Shown piece by piece: positions 12,986-24,933 of a DNA stretch of 64,000 nt. Position numbers and translations under genes: made by a program. Position 1 is the first letter of the stretch. The number at the start of each line of letters is the position of its first letter. The stretch is from Octopus sinensis. Taxonomy: Eukaryota. The stretch spans positions 13,082,001 to 13,146,000 of the forward strand of contig NC_043016.1 of assembly GCF_006345805.1 (NCBI RefSeq), read 5' to 3'. A model generated the notes under the pieces. That model did not search any database, had not been told where the DNA came from, and worked only from the letters and a program-made list of their open reading frames with translations.

Positions 12986-14510
12986 TATTCCTTTTGTACA
13001 GTTACTTAGTGCTTATTCTCTGTCCATTTCCTAGAATATAAAGTCTTCGACAGAGGTGTCAAACACACACCACAACCATTTTGGGTCCTCCCCCTCTCCT
13101 TTCAGATTTCAATTTTGCCAAAAGAGAAAGAAACGGTTCAAATTGTTTTTTTAATGTGGATGGAGAGTGGGAGAGAGAAATGAAATTTTGAATTTCTTTC
13201 AAAGCAAAATTTTGTCCTCAGTTGCTATCCTCCATTTTCATCCCATAACTAAATCATTGAAGTCTTGTCAGTAACCAAAGCAAACCTTTAAATAGCTTAA
13301 ACCAGACACGGGCAACCATTTTTATGAGAAACAGGCCACACAAGACTTGGATTATTATCAGGCAGGAGATACTATTAAAAAAAGATTTTAAGTAACTTTT
13401 CATTTAGGCATGCCATTCAGAAATTCATACTCATTGTAAGGTTGCTCATCACTGACTTAAAAACAATACCCATAACTTTTTATGGGGCCCTCGAAGACAT
13501 GTAGAGGAACAGGCTGAGAAACTATGGCCCATCAAGCATAGTTCACTGATGGGATTTGATACAGTCTCCTATCCAATTTTATTCCCAAGGCTTATGCTAG
13601 CTCAAGTTTATTGTAGACAGACTTCTGTGTAGTCTCCATCTGCTCAAATTCACTTCCTCTTAGAAGAAGTGTGTCAAATGTTGGTGTTGATTGAAGTTGC
13701 TGCACCCTCCTTCAAAAAGGTTTGGCCTTGAACTAATATTAGACAACATTAATATTACATTTATTTGCACCGTGTTGTCACTTACAATTGTCATTAGATT
13801 CACTAGTGCATGACATTTGGTAGATTTACAATGTTAATTTATTTTTGAAGAATAACAAGGCCACTTCATTTCGTAACATATAACAGTTTATATAAATTGT
13901 CTGTAGCCTATATTGTTATGAATATATAAGCATATATAAAAGAAAGAAAAAACAAATTAAATAAGAGGGGTTTGTGTGATAATTTGGTCAAGTATAGAGC
14001 TGATTTGTAAGGTTCTTTCATAATATAAAATAACCAAACAAGCATCTTTTCAAAATTATTATGGTCGAGTGACATCTTCCTTGTATAATAACAGCTACAG
14101 ACGAAAGAAAGAAATTAAAAAAACAGATTAGGTGTTTTAAATTTGCTCAACTGTAGACTTTTATTGGTAATGTGGTAAGATTATCTAACGGATCATTTTC
14201 TTTTTTTTAATGCCTGTAGATGAAATAAATTGCCATTGCATGTGATTGGCGTCAGCTGTCTCAAATTAATGTTTTGCAATAAAAATGCTAATTTTTGAGG
14301 AGCCTTCCTTTTCAGTAGGGGTTTTTCTTTTCCTCTTTGTTGTATTATTATTATCCTCATTCCTCCATCTGATATATCTAACCAATAGGTAAGATGTCAC
14401 CGTTTCATCTTCATTTGTTTGTTTGATTGATAACATTTGTATCTACTCTGGTATCACAGAACCAATCTGCACAAACTGAGAATTAGAAGGTAAATGATAT
14501 CAGACACAAC

Positions 14511-14728
14511 GGCGAGCTGGCAGATTCGTTAGCATGCCGGGCGAAATGCTTTGCGGTATTTCGTCTACCGTTATGTTCTGAGTTCAAATTCCGCTGAGGT
14601 TGACTTTGCTTTTCATCCTTTCGAGGTCGATAAATTAAGTACTAGTTACGCACTGGGGTCGATATAATCAACTTAATCCCCTTGTTTGTCCCCTCTGTGT
14701 TTAGCCCCTTGTAGGTAGTAAAGAAATA
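14511..14728 (+). mobile_element. SINE A1, young, with perfect 15-bp TSD
   Basis: GATATCAGACACAAC at 14496-14510 and 14729-14743; CpGs largely retained. Confidence 0.92.
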
Positions 14729-14970
14729 GATATCAGACACAACTAAAACTATGATCCCCATACAATTCTATTTATGCTCAAATACATCACAACATATCTT
14801 AGACATTACTTTCCAACTATAGTCAGGAGTATAAAATACATATAAAAAATTCAATGGATGGCTTTTCTGTAGAAACATCAGGTATGTGTCACAAAGGAAT
14901 TTTTTGGAGGAAGCCTTTGTCAAGATTTGATCACTGATTGTCCAGCTTCATGTAATGTTGAGCCTCTTAA

Positions 14971-15167
14971 CCCTTTTGCATTAGACTTACTTTGTCAAAA
15001 GTAATGCCTATTTGTTCACATCTTGTAGCTTTGAGATTTCAATGATGTGAATGTTTTATTTTTATAATGACATTGTAGGGTCAGTGTGAAAGGCTGGATC
15101 TGTATAGTTTTAACATAATGTAGGTAGAACATTTGAGCCAGATATGGTTGGTTCATATGCTAATGGG
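14971..15167 (-). mobile_element. piggyBac-type MITE family D
   Basis: TTAA on both sides (14967-14970, 15168-15171); CCCTTTTGCAT / ATGCTAATGGG termini. Confidence 0.8.
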
Positions 15168-15477
15168 TTAAAGTGCAAATCTAATATAATAAATGCTCAT
15201 GCATAGAAAAATCAAAATGCCTATTGATGAACCTCTGTATGAGTACAAATCTTGTATATAAATATATCGTGCATACAAGGAGAGGGTCGTATGAAGTTAT
15301 GTCTATTTATCGCCCAAAGTGACACATCTGCTCAATCGGATGCTCCTGAACTAGTTGCTAAGTGTCCCACCCATGAGGGATCGATGCTAAATGTATGGAA
15401 ACAATTGTAGTGATTAATAGAAATTTTCCTGTATATATTATATATATAAATACACAGACATATACAATGTGCCTGTG

Positions 15478-15765
15478 AAGGTGCATTGCTTAGTGGTTAG
15501 GGTATTGCACTCATGATTGCGAGATTGTGGGTTCAATTCACAGACCAGGTGTTGCATTGTATTCTTGAGCAAAGCACTTAATTTCACATTGTTTTGCGAT
15601 CATTTAGTCAGCTGGCATGTGGCACCCGTACAGGTAACGATGATTTGATGGAGGGAGTGAAGTTATGTGCAACAGAAAACATTTGATCTCTATAAACAAA
15701 TAGTCTTTATGGTTGTTCAGCAAGAAATTGTCGAACCCTCATACATTGTCTAACGACAGGAGAGT
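15478..15765 (+). mobile_element. SINE with family C head and a different tail
   Basis: ggtgcattgcttagtggttagggtattgcac...gggttcaattc...ttgagcaaagcactt head, then a body unlike 7010-7235. Confidence 0.6.
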
Positions 15766-15862
15766 CCATCATATAATCACGAACTCTCCTGTTGTTAGAC
15801 GATGTATAAGGGTTCAGCAATTTCTTGCTGAACAACCACACAGGTGATTTATATATATATAT

Positions 15863-16192
15863 ATCATCATCATCATCGTTTAACGTCCGTTCTCCATGCT
15901 AGCATGGGTTGGACGGTTCGACCGGGGATCTGGGAAGCCAGAAAGCTGCACCAGGCTCCAGTCTTATCTGGCAATGCTTCTACAGCTGGATGCCCTTCCT
16001 AACGCCAACCACTCCGTGAGTGTAGTGGGTGGTTTTACGTGCCACCTGCACTAGTGCCAGGCGAGGCTGGCATTGGCCACGATCGGATTGGTGCATTTTA
16101 CGTGCCACCAGCACGGAAGCCAGTCGAGGTGACACTGGCTTCGGCCACGATTCGGATGGTGCTTTTTACATGCCACCGACACGGAGGCCAGT
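15863..16192 (-). mobile_element. Young RTE-LINE 3'UTR copy with ~2.5 repeat units
   Basis: Nearly identical to 49443-49733 and reverse complement of 43301-43688. Confidence 0.88.
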
Positions 16193-16944
16193 ATATATAT
16201 ATATATATATATGGACACAAGCAATGGAAATGGACACAAGCAAAGGATCTACATTGGGTATGAAGCAACTATGAACTAAATCACAGATTGGGATTGCATC
16301 CTTTCTCAGAGAAGTTAATGAAAGATCAGATTGGGTGGGACTGATGTTCATTTGCATACTCATTGTTGTTTTATTGGGTACTTTTTCATGCTTGCATAGG
16401 TCAGACAAAATCTCTTTAGGCAGATTTTTCTATGGCTTGATGCCCTTCCTGTGGCCGGCCCTCATTAAATTATATTAAATTAGAGTGTTAATTGGTTTAT
16501 TTCATTGCTGTAATATACCATAGTTTAAAAAAAATTTTTTTTATCCAACACTGCATGTTATGATGAATATTAATATGTCTACTTACACGCAATATGTTTG
16601 TGAACAAAAAAAAAGAAAAAACTCTATATGCTTCATATTTCAAACTGTCTGGCAGCTGTGTACATTCTTGAACCATCGACGAACACATTAGTTATAAATC
16701 TACTAGTATTAGCAACTAAAGTGAACTGTATGGACAAATTTACATATTGAATATTATCTTGGTAGCTAGTTCCAATGTAAGTAGTGTATATCTGCATAGA
16801 TTAGGAAGGTACACAGCTGCTTCTGACACGCCAAAGTTGATATAGGTGGCGTATGTGTGTGTTCCTTCTGTCCATGAGCATATTTTGTATATAGATGTAT
16901 TTGTTATAACATACTGTGATGGCTAAAAGAAAAAAAAAAAACTT

Positions 16945-17110
16945 GGCCTATGCAGTAAGAAGCTTTCTTCCTGACCACATGATTCCGGGTTCAGGCCCAC
17001 TGCACGGCACCTTGGGCAAATGTCTTGTGTTACAACTTCTGGTCGACCAAAGCCTTGTGAGTGGATTTGATAGTCAGAAACTGAAAGAAGCCTGTTATAT
17101 ATGTATATAT
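16945..17110 (+). mobile_element. 5' half of a SINE B, ending in its central TA tract
   Basis: ccacatgattccgggttcaggcccactgcacggcaccttgggcaa...gaaactgaaagaagcctg then (TA); probable 3' half at 20340-20560. Confidence 0.8.
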
Positions 17111-17111
17111 A

Positions 17112-17145
17112 CTAGCAGCTAAGTCCGGTTTCACCCGGTCGGTTT
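17112..17145 (-). mobile_element. Helitron-type 3' terminus
   Basis: Minus strand reads GACCGG-GTGAAA-CCGGAC (hairpin, 5/6 bp) TTAGCTG CTAG|T, the canonical hairpin + CTRR followed by T. The 5' end was not located. Confidence 0.6.
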
Positions 17146-17700
17146 GGATGATGTGGCTGTAAAACCTGCTCTGTGTAAGCATTCAACTTGTTGGGGCACG
17201 TTTATGTTAAAAAATATTTTTAGAATTACTTTTTTCTGTCAAAACGCTAAAAATAACTGACCAACAAAAAATAAAAACCCAAGATTCGACTAAATCCAAA
17301 AATAATCCCAAAATACTAAGCGAATAAAGATGAACCATCCTACTTCCATTGCATGCACACACATTCACATAACCCCCTTTTACATACACACATATTCACA
17401 CAGAATTGAAACGCTGATTTGTTTTTTTCAGCGTACAATTTCCATCATCCCACTACCATGTATAACAATTATTACCATTATTAAGCCTATTATCATTATC
17501 AACCTTATCATTAATGATACTACCATAAATACTATTTTAATTATTTTTCTTTTATACTTTATCCTTTTTATGCATATTATTATAATGATAAATACGAACA
17601 TAAAGTTTCAAATATAAATAAAAATAAAAACAGAAATGGCTTTACATATTACAATCATAGTCAAACAACACAATACAAGTCAGCTTTTAATACTAAATCT

Positions 17701-18818
17701 ATGATTCGTCAGGTTATTTGGCTTGCCCCTCCTTTTTCGTTTAAGAGTGAAAGGTCTCCCAAAATTATTCTTTAAATTATTAAAAGAAAACTTCCCAAAA
17801 CATCATAAATATTACTCAATGTGCAGTAAATCATTTATGAAATTAGCTTATTCAGTAACTCCTAACCTCGGGTCTATTATCGCTTCAATGAAAAGGAATA
17901 AAATAAAATCTTTAAATGATAGAATTGATGATAATATATTTAGTAAAAATATTAAACCTGATAATTGGAAAGTTACTAATAAGAATGATGATAATAATGA
18001 AATAACACACCTTATGAAATAAAATATGTGAAAAATATAAGATTGACAAATAATACAAATAATAATAAAGGTAATAATAAAATGAATAAATCTAAAATTA
18101 ACGCGAATAGAAGTACAAATATTATCAGGGATTTCAGCATTGAAATGAAGGAAGTAATGGATATACATAGAACGAGGTCGTTGCCAGTGCCGCCTGACTG
18201 GCTCCCGTGCCGGTGGAACGTAAAAGCATCCGCTACACTCTCGGGGTGGTTGGCGTTAGGAAGGGCATCCAGCTGTAGAAACTGCGAGATCAAGATTGGA
18301 GTCTGGTGCAGCCATCTGGTTTGCCAGTCCTCAGTCAAATCGTCCAACCCAGGCTAGCATGGAAAGCAGGCGTTAAATGATGATGATGATGATACTATTA
18401 GTAAACCCCATAAAAAATATAATTGTAGAGACCCTTTAATATGTCCGATTAACGGAAATTGTTGCCAACAAAACGTCATATATAAATGTAGAATTGAAAC
18501 AGTGAATGGCCAAAAAAAATATATATGTTGGAAGTACAACAGATTTCAAACCAGAGGTATAGAAGCTATCTGAGCTCCTTTAATAATCCCAAATATAAGA
18601 CATCAACAGCGGAAAAGGATATTACATATAAATTATCGTGGTCTATTCTTGCGTACGCTCCCACCCCATATAGAAATGGATCCACAAGGTGCAATTTGTG
18701 TTTCAGGGAAGCATACATTATATTAAAACTCTGTAATCATTCCATATTTAATAAATTTACTGGTGCAATACCTGCTTGTACACGTAGAATCTACTCCACG
18801 TTCTTACAAATATTTTAA
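17701..18818 (+). mobile_element. Penelope-like element ORF relic (post-RT region, Asn-rich linker, GIY-YIG endonuclease), frameshifted
   Basis: RQVIWLAPPFS/LRVKGLPKLFFKLLKENFPKHHKYYSMCSKSFMKLAYSVTPNLGSII, then NCRDPLICPINGNCCQQNVIYKCRIE..K/IYVGSTTDF/QRYRSYLSSFNNPKYKTST..KLSWSIL..YRNGSTRCNLCFRE; at least 3 frameshifts; motif style suggests the Naiad group (recall). Confidence 0.85.
18172..18393 (+). mobile_element. RTE-LINE 3' end inserted into the Penelope-like ORF
   Basis: acgaggtcgttgccagtgccgcctgactggc...gctagcatggaaagcaggcgttaaatgatgatgatgatgat. Confidence 0.88.
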
Positions 18819-19158
18819 AATAAAAATTAAAATATAAAATAAAATTAACATTAAGCATAGTAAAAGTTCTTAATCCGAACTAAATATATATATTGACATT
18901 TAATTTAGTAATTACTTGATAATCCTATTTAAAAATTTTGTGAATATGAAGAGTGTATTACTAAATACGGTCCCTGCGATCCTAAGTAAGATTTGATCCT
19001 GGACATCTAATTTCAAAATAACATGGGAATAAAAATTAACATGTAACAAAATATTAGTCCTGGTAGACCTTAACACACCTTTTAGCATAATTTTCTGGTC
19101 CTATCCATTAATATGTAAATTAGATATTATATAAGTATAAGTTTTTTAAGATAGTATC

Positions 19159-19464
19159 TAACAATGCTGCCTGAGTTCGTAAGCCGTTCCATCTCATTAC
19201 ATATAATTCATCTTTTACTTCATATTTTATTTTATGTACCCCATGTCCCGTCTTGTAATGTCCCCCTCTTCGTGGCCCCTTTGTGGGTAATAAAGAAATA
19301 TAACAATGCTGCCTGAGTTCGTAAGCCGTTCCATCTCATTACATATAATTCATCTTTTACTTCATATTTTATTTTTACTTTATGTACCCCATGTCCCGTC
19401 TTGTAATGTCCCCCTCTTCGTGGCCCCTTTGTGGGTAATAAAGAAATATAACAATGCTGCCTGA
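19159..19464 (+). repeat. Tandem duplication of a retro-insertion: 16-bp TSD x3 around two 126/132-bp LINE-tail copies
   Basis: TAACAATGCTGCCTGA at 19159, 19301, 19449; inserts 19175-19300 and 19317-19448 differ by a 6-nt indel and end GTGGGTAATAAAGAAATA. Confidence 0.92.
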
Positions 19465-19921
19465 CGGTTGACCGGTTCTGGTAATGTAAAGGTGTATGGT
19501 TCTTTACTGTTTAATCTTCTCAAGAATAATTTTTAATTTCGTTATACTAGATGTCTTGCAAACATTATAATTTTAAAGGTACTTACAAAAGAAATTTTTC
19601 TTAAATTCAATCGTGTTTTATGTATTACATCGACATTTGTCTATTTATGTATATTTATTATGCATTCTGGAATTTTTATTTCCATTTTATTAAGAATATA
19701 TAATATTTATTATAAGTTTCGAATGTGTCTTTTAATTACGTTCTTTTAGACTCCGCATGTGTTGCCTCCATAAAAATATTATTTTGAATATAGCTCACAA
19801 CGAGCACTGCATAATTCCTATCTGTATTTTAGTGGGAGTTTTTGTTAACATTTACAAGCTCTAACCACACACACGTGCTATCATTACACACACACACACA
19901 CAGACCTGCGCGCACGCACAT

Positions 19922-20062
19922 ACCTATTTCTTTGTTACCCACAAGGGGCTAAACATAGAGGGGACAAACAAGGACAGACAAACGGATTAAGTTGATTATA
20001 TCGACCCCAGTACGTAACTGGTACTTAATTTATCGACCCCGAAAGGATGAAAGGCAAAGTCG
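19922..20062 (-). mobile_element. SINE A1, 5'-truncated
   Basis: ctatttctttgttacccacaaggggc...gaaaggatgaaaggcaaagtcg. Confidence 0.85.
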
Positions 20063-20339
20063 TCCTTCTCTTGCATTTTCCTGTTTTTGAAAGAACTTTT
20101 CCCCTTCACCCATTCCCTTCCGGTCATTCCAATATGTGACCGCATGTGTATCGTTGGCGATTTTCTTTCTTCGTCTTCCCTTCTTTGGACTTTTTCTATA
20201 TTTCTGACAAAGAGCTCCGTTCGAAACGTGAAAATCCTCTTTTTTTTCTTCTTTCCTTTCCTGAGTGTTCAATAACACTGTACTTATTCCACGTCCTCGC
20301 GTTGTTTTTTTTTTCTTGCTTGTTGATGTCTGGATTAAC
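20063..20339 (+). mobile_element. Penelope-like terminal (pseudo-LTR) segment carrying the hammerhead, abutting (TA)n
   Basis: Pyrimidine-rich segment with a hammerhead-like core, ending ggattaact then TA tract. PLE assignment rests on the hammerhead. Confidence 0.55.
20198..20235 (+). ncRNA. Degenerate minimal type I hammerhead ribozyme motif in Penelope-like terminal sequence
   Basis: TTT-CTGACAA-A-GAGC-TCC-GTTC-GAAA-CGTG-AAA: core CUGANGA with G8>A, 4-bp stem II, GAAA, palindromic ACGT stem III; cleavage triplet GUG is non-canonical. Confidence 0.55.
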
Positions 20340-20560
20340 TATATATATGTGTGTTTATTTGCTCCTCACCACTGTTTGACAACTGTTGGTGTGTGTTAAT
20401 ACCTCTGTAACTTAGTGGTTTGGTAAAAGGACTAATAGAATACGTACCAGGTTTTAAAATAATTTAAAAAAAAAGTACTGGTGTCTGTTCATTTGACTAA
20501 AAATTCAAGGTGGTGTCCCAGCATGGCCGCTCTCTAGTGACTAAACAATTGAAAGAAAAG
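20340..20560 (+). mobile_element. 3' half of SINE B1
   Basis: gtttgacaactgttggtgtg...gtaacttagtggtttggtaaaagg...ggtggtgtcccagcatggcc...gactaaacaattgaaagaaaag. Confidence 0.75.
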
Positions 20561-22286
20561 TACATAACACACACATACAGATATATTTGTGTGTGTGTTA
20601 TATTTTGGTTAGTCCACGTTATCCCATACGGACCATAGGACTGGTTTCTCTGTGGACAGGATGTTAGTCCTTCGCAGAATTAACTCCTTTTTGCTAGCTG
20701 AGGGGACTGGAGAAACCTGAAATGAAGTGCTTTGCTCAAGAGCACAATGCATCGCCCAATCCAAGAATTGAAACCACAATCTTACGATCATAAGTCCAAC
20801 ACCCTAACCACTGGGTCACATGCCTCCGTGTGTGTCATGGGTAGCTTCCACATATTTTACTTTCCATACTCGAAGGTTTAGTGACTTGTACGTTTACGGT
20901 AAACACCTGTGTTCTGAGCATTCTGCTGTACTGTCTCTGAATCCATGAACCAATGTCTGGAAGTAGCTCTGTAGGTATTTCAGGTCCCCTCTTTATTTCA
21001 CAACTTCAGACCTGCACACAGCCTTCCATTTATTAAGGCGACGAAACCCCTACACATCATGAGCTTTGCTGTAATTCTGGTCTCGGTGTTTCTAACCATC
21101 TTCAGTGCTCATCCTCGCTGCACCACTCATCCTCTCTCTCTTGAACCTTCTGACAATTTCCCAGCAATATCATTTCTCTCCTTCACAGCAAGTCGAATAG
21201 TCCTAGGGCTCCTGATCATCATCAAGTTAGCAATGTTTTGCTACAGCAAAATCCATAATGTTCACAAAAGAGTGTGCCAAGCTTTCTTGAGCACTTAGAT
21301 CTACCATCAAAGGCAATAGTGACTAACATTTTTTGTTTGTTTCACGCATTGTGTATCTAGGACATTATTACAGGATGCTTTCTTTTATAAGACAATGTGT
21401 AGTTTTAGAGATATCTGGCTGCTTTTCCTCGTAGATCAAAGACCTATACAAAGGCTTCATCTTAAGCTTACATACCATAGTGAAGGAGTTTTAACTTTAT
21501 TCAGATGATTTTCTTTTCTTGAGGAGAGGGAGAGGAAAAGTGCAGGCATGGCCCTGTGCTTTAGAAGTTAATATCACAGTCAGATGGTTTGGGGTTCAGG
21601 CCCACTGCACAGTTCCTTGGGTAGATGTCTTGTACTGTAATTCCAGTCGAGTCCATGCTTTGTGAGTGTATTCACCAGATGGAAACTGTACAGAAGCTTG
21701 TCATGTGCGCGTGCGCATGTCTTTGTATCTCACCGTTTGAGGGAAGTGGAAAAAAAAATCCCCGTTTGATAACTTGTATTGGTTTGTTTATGTCTACGTA
21801 ACAAGTGGTTCAGATAGATACAATAAGCACCAGACAAGATACGTTGTAAGGGCCTGTTAGACAAAATCTATCAAGAGACTGCTCGTGCATGGCCGCATTC
21901 CAATGACAAGCAAATAAAAGAATAACAGCGTTGTATATACAAATCGATTTGAACTTGTTTGAGAGGCTGATGGAGGAGGAGGAGGTGGTGGTAAGCGAAA
22001 CGTGAAATGGTCAAACGAAGGAAGCGAAAGATGGAAATATACGGACGATTTTGAAACAATAACAATCGTACAGCAAGCTTTGACCCTCTCCTCCCTTTTT
22101 TCTTTCGTCTTTATCAAGAAAATAATGAAGATATTCGCGGTTTATGAACAAAAACGAATTATCAAATTCATTTATGTATGCACGCTCGCAATCCACACGT
22201 ACACATGCATTCTCACACACGAGCGTACATATACACACATTAGGTTTTGGAGAGGACAAGTCAACATGTGTGTGAGTGTTTATATG

Positions 22287-22516
22287 TATTTCTTTACTGC
22301 CCACAAAGGGCTAAACACAGAGGGGACAAACAAGGACAGACAAAGGGATTAAGTCTTATATCGACCCCAGTTGGAAACGGGTTCTTTATTTATCGACCCC
22401 CGAAGGGATGAAAGGCAAAGTCGACCTCGGCGGAATTTGAACTCAGAACGTAACTGCAGACGAAATACGGCTATGCATTTCGCCCGGCGTGCTAACGTTT
22501 CTGCCAGCTCGCCGCC
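22287..22516 (-). mobile_element. Full-length SINE A1 with 12-bp TSD
   Basis: TGTGAGTGTTTA at 22271-22282 and 22517-22528; near-consensus, CpG-rich. Confidence 0.9.
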
Positions 22517-24547
22517 TGTGAGTGTTTAAAGGCTGAAAAAGCACGTGTGTATGTATTTAAGGACGTGTGCACTTGTGTGTGTGTTTGAATGCTGAAAATG
22601 TGCGCGCGTGTGTATGTATGTGTGTTTAAATGCTGGGAATGGACATGCTTCTCTGTGTCTGTGTGTGTGTGAGTGTTGAAGGCAAGAATGTGTGCGTGTG
22701 GTTATGTCTGTAGGAACGCCCGCGAATTTAAAAAATATATAAGTGGAAGTGGGAGTGAAAAAAAAAAGAAAAAATTCGTGAAAAAAGAAAGGCAAAACAA
22801 TAAAAAGAACTGTTGATTCCTTTTTGGGGAAAAACGGTGGATTTTTTTTTAAGGGGGGAGTTAACCGTGACCTTCGGTAGCTTTGCTTTTGTTTCGAGAA
22901 TTTCATATTAGGAAAAGAAAACAGTGTGTGGTTTGTGACCACATCGTTGACCTGAGACACAAAGTGATATATATATATAATATCTGCCCTCAGAAAAAAA
23001 AAGGACATTGAACAGAATAATTGAAAAAAAAAAAAAAATATATATATATATGCATCATCGATCATTTATTATAAAATAATTTCAGAATATCTTGTAATAT
23101 ATCGATATACTTCATTCATAATATATATTTGTTCCGTTTCATATTGGTTAATTTTGAAATGTTATCTGTCTCAAAAAGGAGTTTTGGTAAGTTCTGTGTT
23201 TAATCTTTTTCTTTTACAATTTGAAATATACAACTATTTTCGTTGTTCTTGCGAATCTGTATCTTGTTTTGCTTTTCTGTGTGTTTTTTCCGCCCTTGCT
23301 GTTTTCCGGGGTATTGCTATGTGGCTAGAGGTCGACTCTGCCTTTCATCCTTTCGGGGGTCGATAAATTAAGTACCAGTTACGCACTGGGGTCGATGTAA
23401 TCGACTTAATACCTATGTCTGTCCTATGTTTAGCCCCTTGTGGGTAGTAAAGAAATAGGTTAGAGAAGCTTCTTCCCAATCATGTGTTCTTGGGTTCAGT
23501 CCCACTGCATGACACCCTGGTCAAGTGTCTTCTACTATAACCCTCCTCAGGTCGACCAAAGCCTTGAGTGGATTTGGTTGCCAAATTGAAAGAAACCGTC
23601 GTGTATATTGATATATATATACGCAGAGGAACTTACATTCGCATACAATCTCACACACACACATATCTTTCTGTTTTCACGAATCGCTTATTTTTATTCA
23701 CTTTTTGTGCATACATGTATGTTTATTTGTGTATATGTACGTGTGTATAAATAGATCTGTATGTGAATTAAAAAATATAAGAGGTTTACGGAAAACAATA
23801 TTTAGTTTCAGTTTTGTGGTACTATCTTCGAAGGATAAGCCTAAATGCCTAGCCTATATATTTATATAATCATTCTTGGGTCATGCTCGAACCTGTAAGA
23901 ACACTTTGGGTAATAAAAAAAAATACCTACACCCCCAAGCATATTTGAACTGGTGACAAATTCGTATTCATAGACATCACTGCTTAGCTCTTCTACTTCA
24001 CACGCGTACGAATGTCTCGTCAGTAGAATTAATATATAATTTAAGTCCCGGTCACGTAGGTGAGGAGACGACTTTCGGAAAATTCACAAGGTCCGATTTC
24101 ACCCCTCATAACTTTCAGGAAAATGGATATTAATGAAATTTTATAGTGGGCTGGGTTTTATTTTATTAAAAAAATTTTTTAATCGTGACCGGGTCTTCGC
24201 CAGTAGTTCATATATCCGAAAAACAATCACGCTCTAAAGTATATTAGAACAGTAATATATTTTCTTTTAGGAAGTTAAAAGTTGTGATGGCCGGTCATAG
24301 TGACCATTGGTTTCACACTTCAGCCATGTGAGCCTGGCGAGTCGCATACATTGCTCAGCGCTTTATAGATGCAAAGCCAAGGGTCACTTTATGACCGACC
24401 ATAACCTTTGACTTCCTTATGTATGTGTGTGTATTCTAGCATACCCGTGTCGCTAACAGCGCTGACAGTTTTATTAATGATAGAAAATTGCCTATCAACA
24501 AACACAATGGAAAAATCCGTTGATAAATGTCATCAACCTAATAAGGT

Positions 24548-24933
24548 GATCTTTCGGTCGATTTCCGTAAAAAACTTCTTTTTTTTTTACATATGGGCTT
24601 GCGGGAACTTTTGAAGTAATATACATACATATACACATACACCGAGTAAAAAATTTCAGTTATCTCTCTCTTTCACACATTACTTTCTCTGTTTCTTAAC
24701 ACACACTAACAGAAGCACTTCACTTACATAACATACTGTCTGTCTCCCACACCCCATCAAACACACACGCACACACATGTCCATCAATGCTCCCATGCAC
24801 GGTAACTTCAAAAGAACTTCCCTCGTCATAAAATCGCTTTCTCTTAGTCTCTTTCGCTCTCATTACTTCAAAAGTTCCCGCAAGCCCATATGTAAAAAAA
24901 TAAAAGTTTTTTACGGAAATCGACGGAAAGGTC
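24548..24933. mobile_element. MITE-like element with ~72-bp terminal inverted repeats
   Basis: 24548-24620 is the near-exact reverse complement of 24862-24933; ~240-bp low-complexity spacer. Confidence 0.75.

Noticed and set aside
20880-21300. Possible Tx1/L1 relic on the minus strand (GALGLFDL, RLNKWKAVC)
   Set aside because: Too many stops and too few motifs to call.
21960-22070. GGA/GGT-rich stretch read as poly-Gly or poly-Glu coding exon
   Set aside because: In-frame stops flank it, with no convincing splice pair; better explained as low-complexity sequence in the CpG-rich domain.
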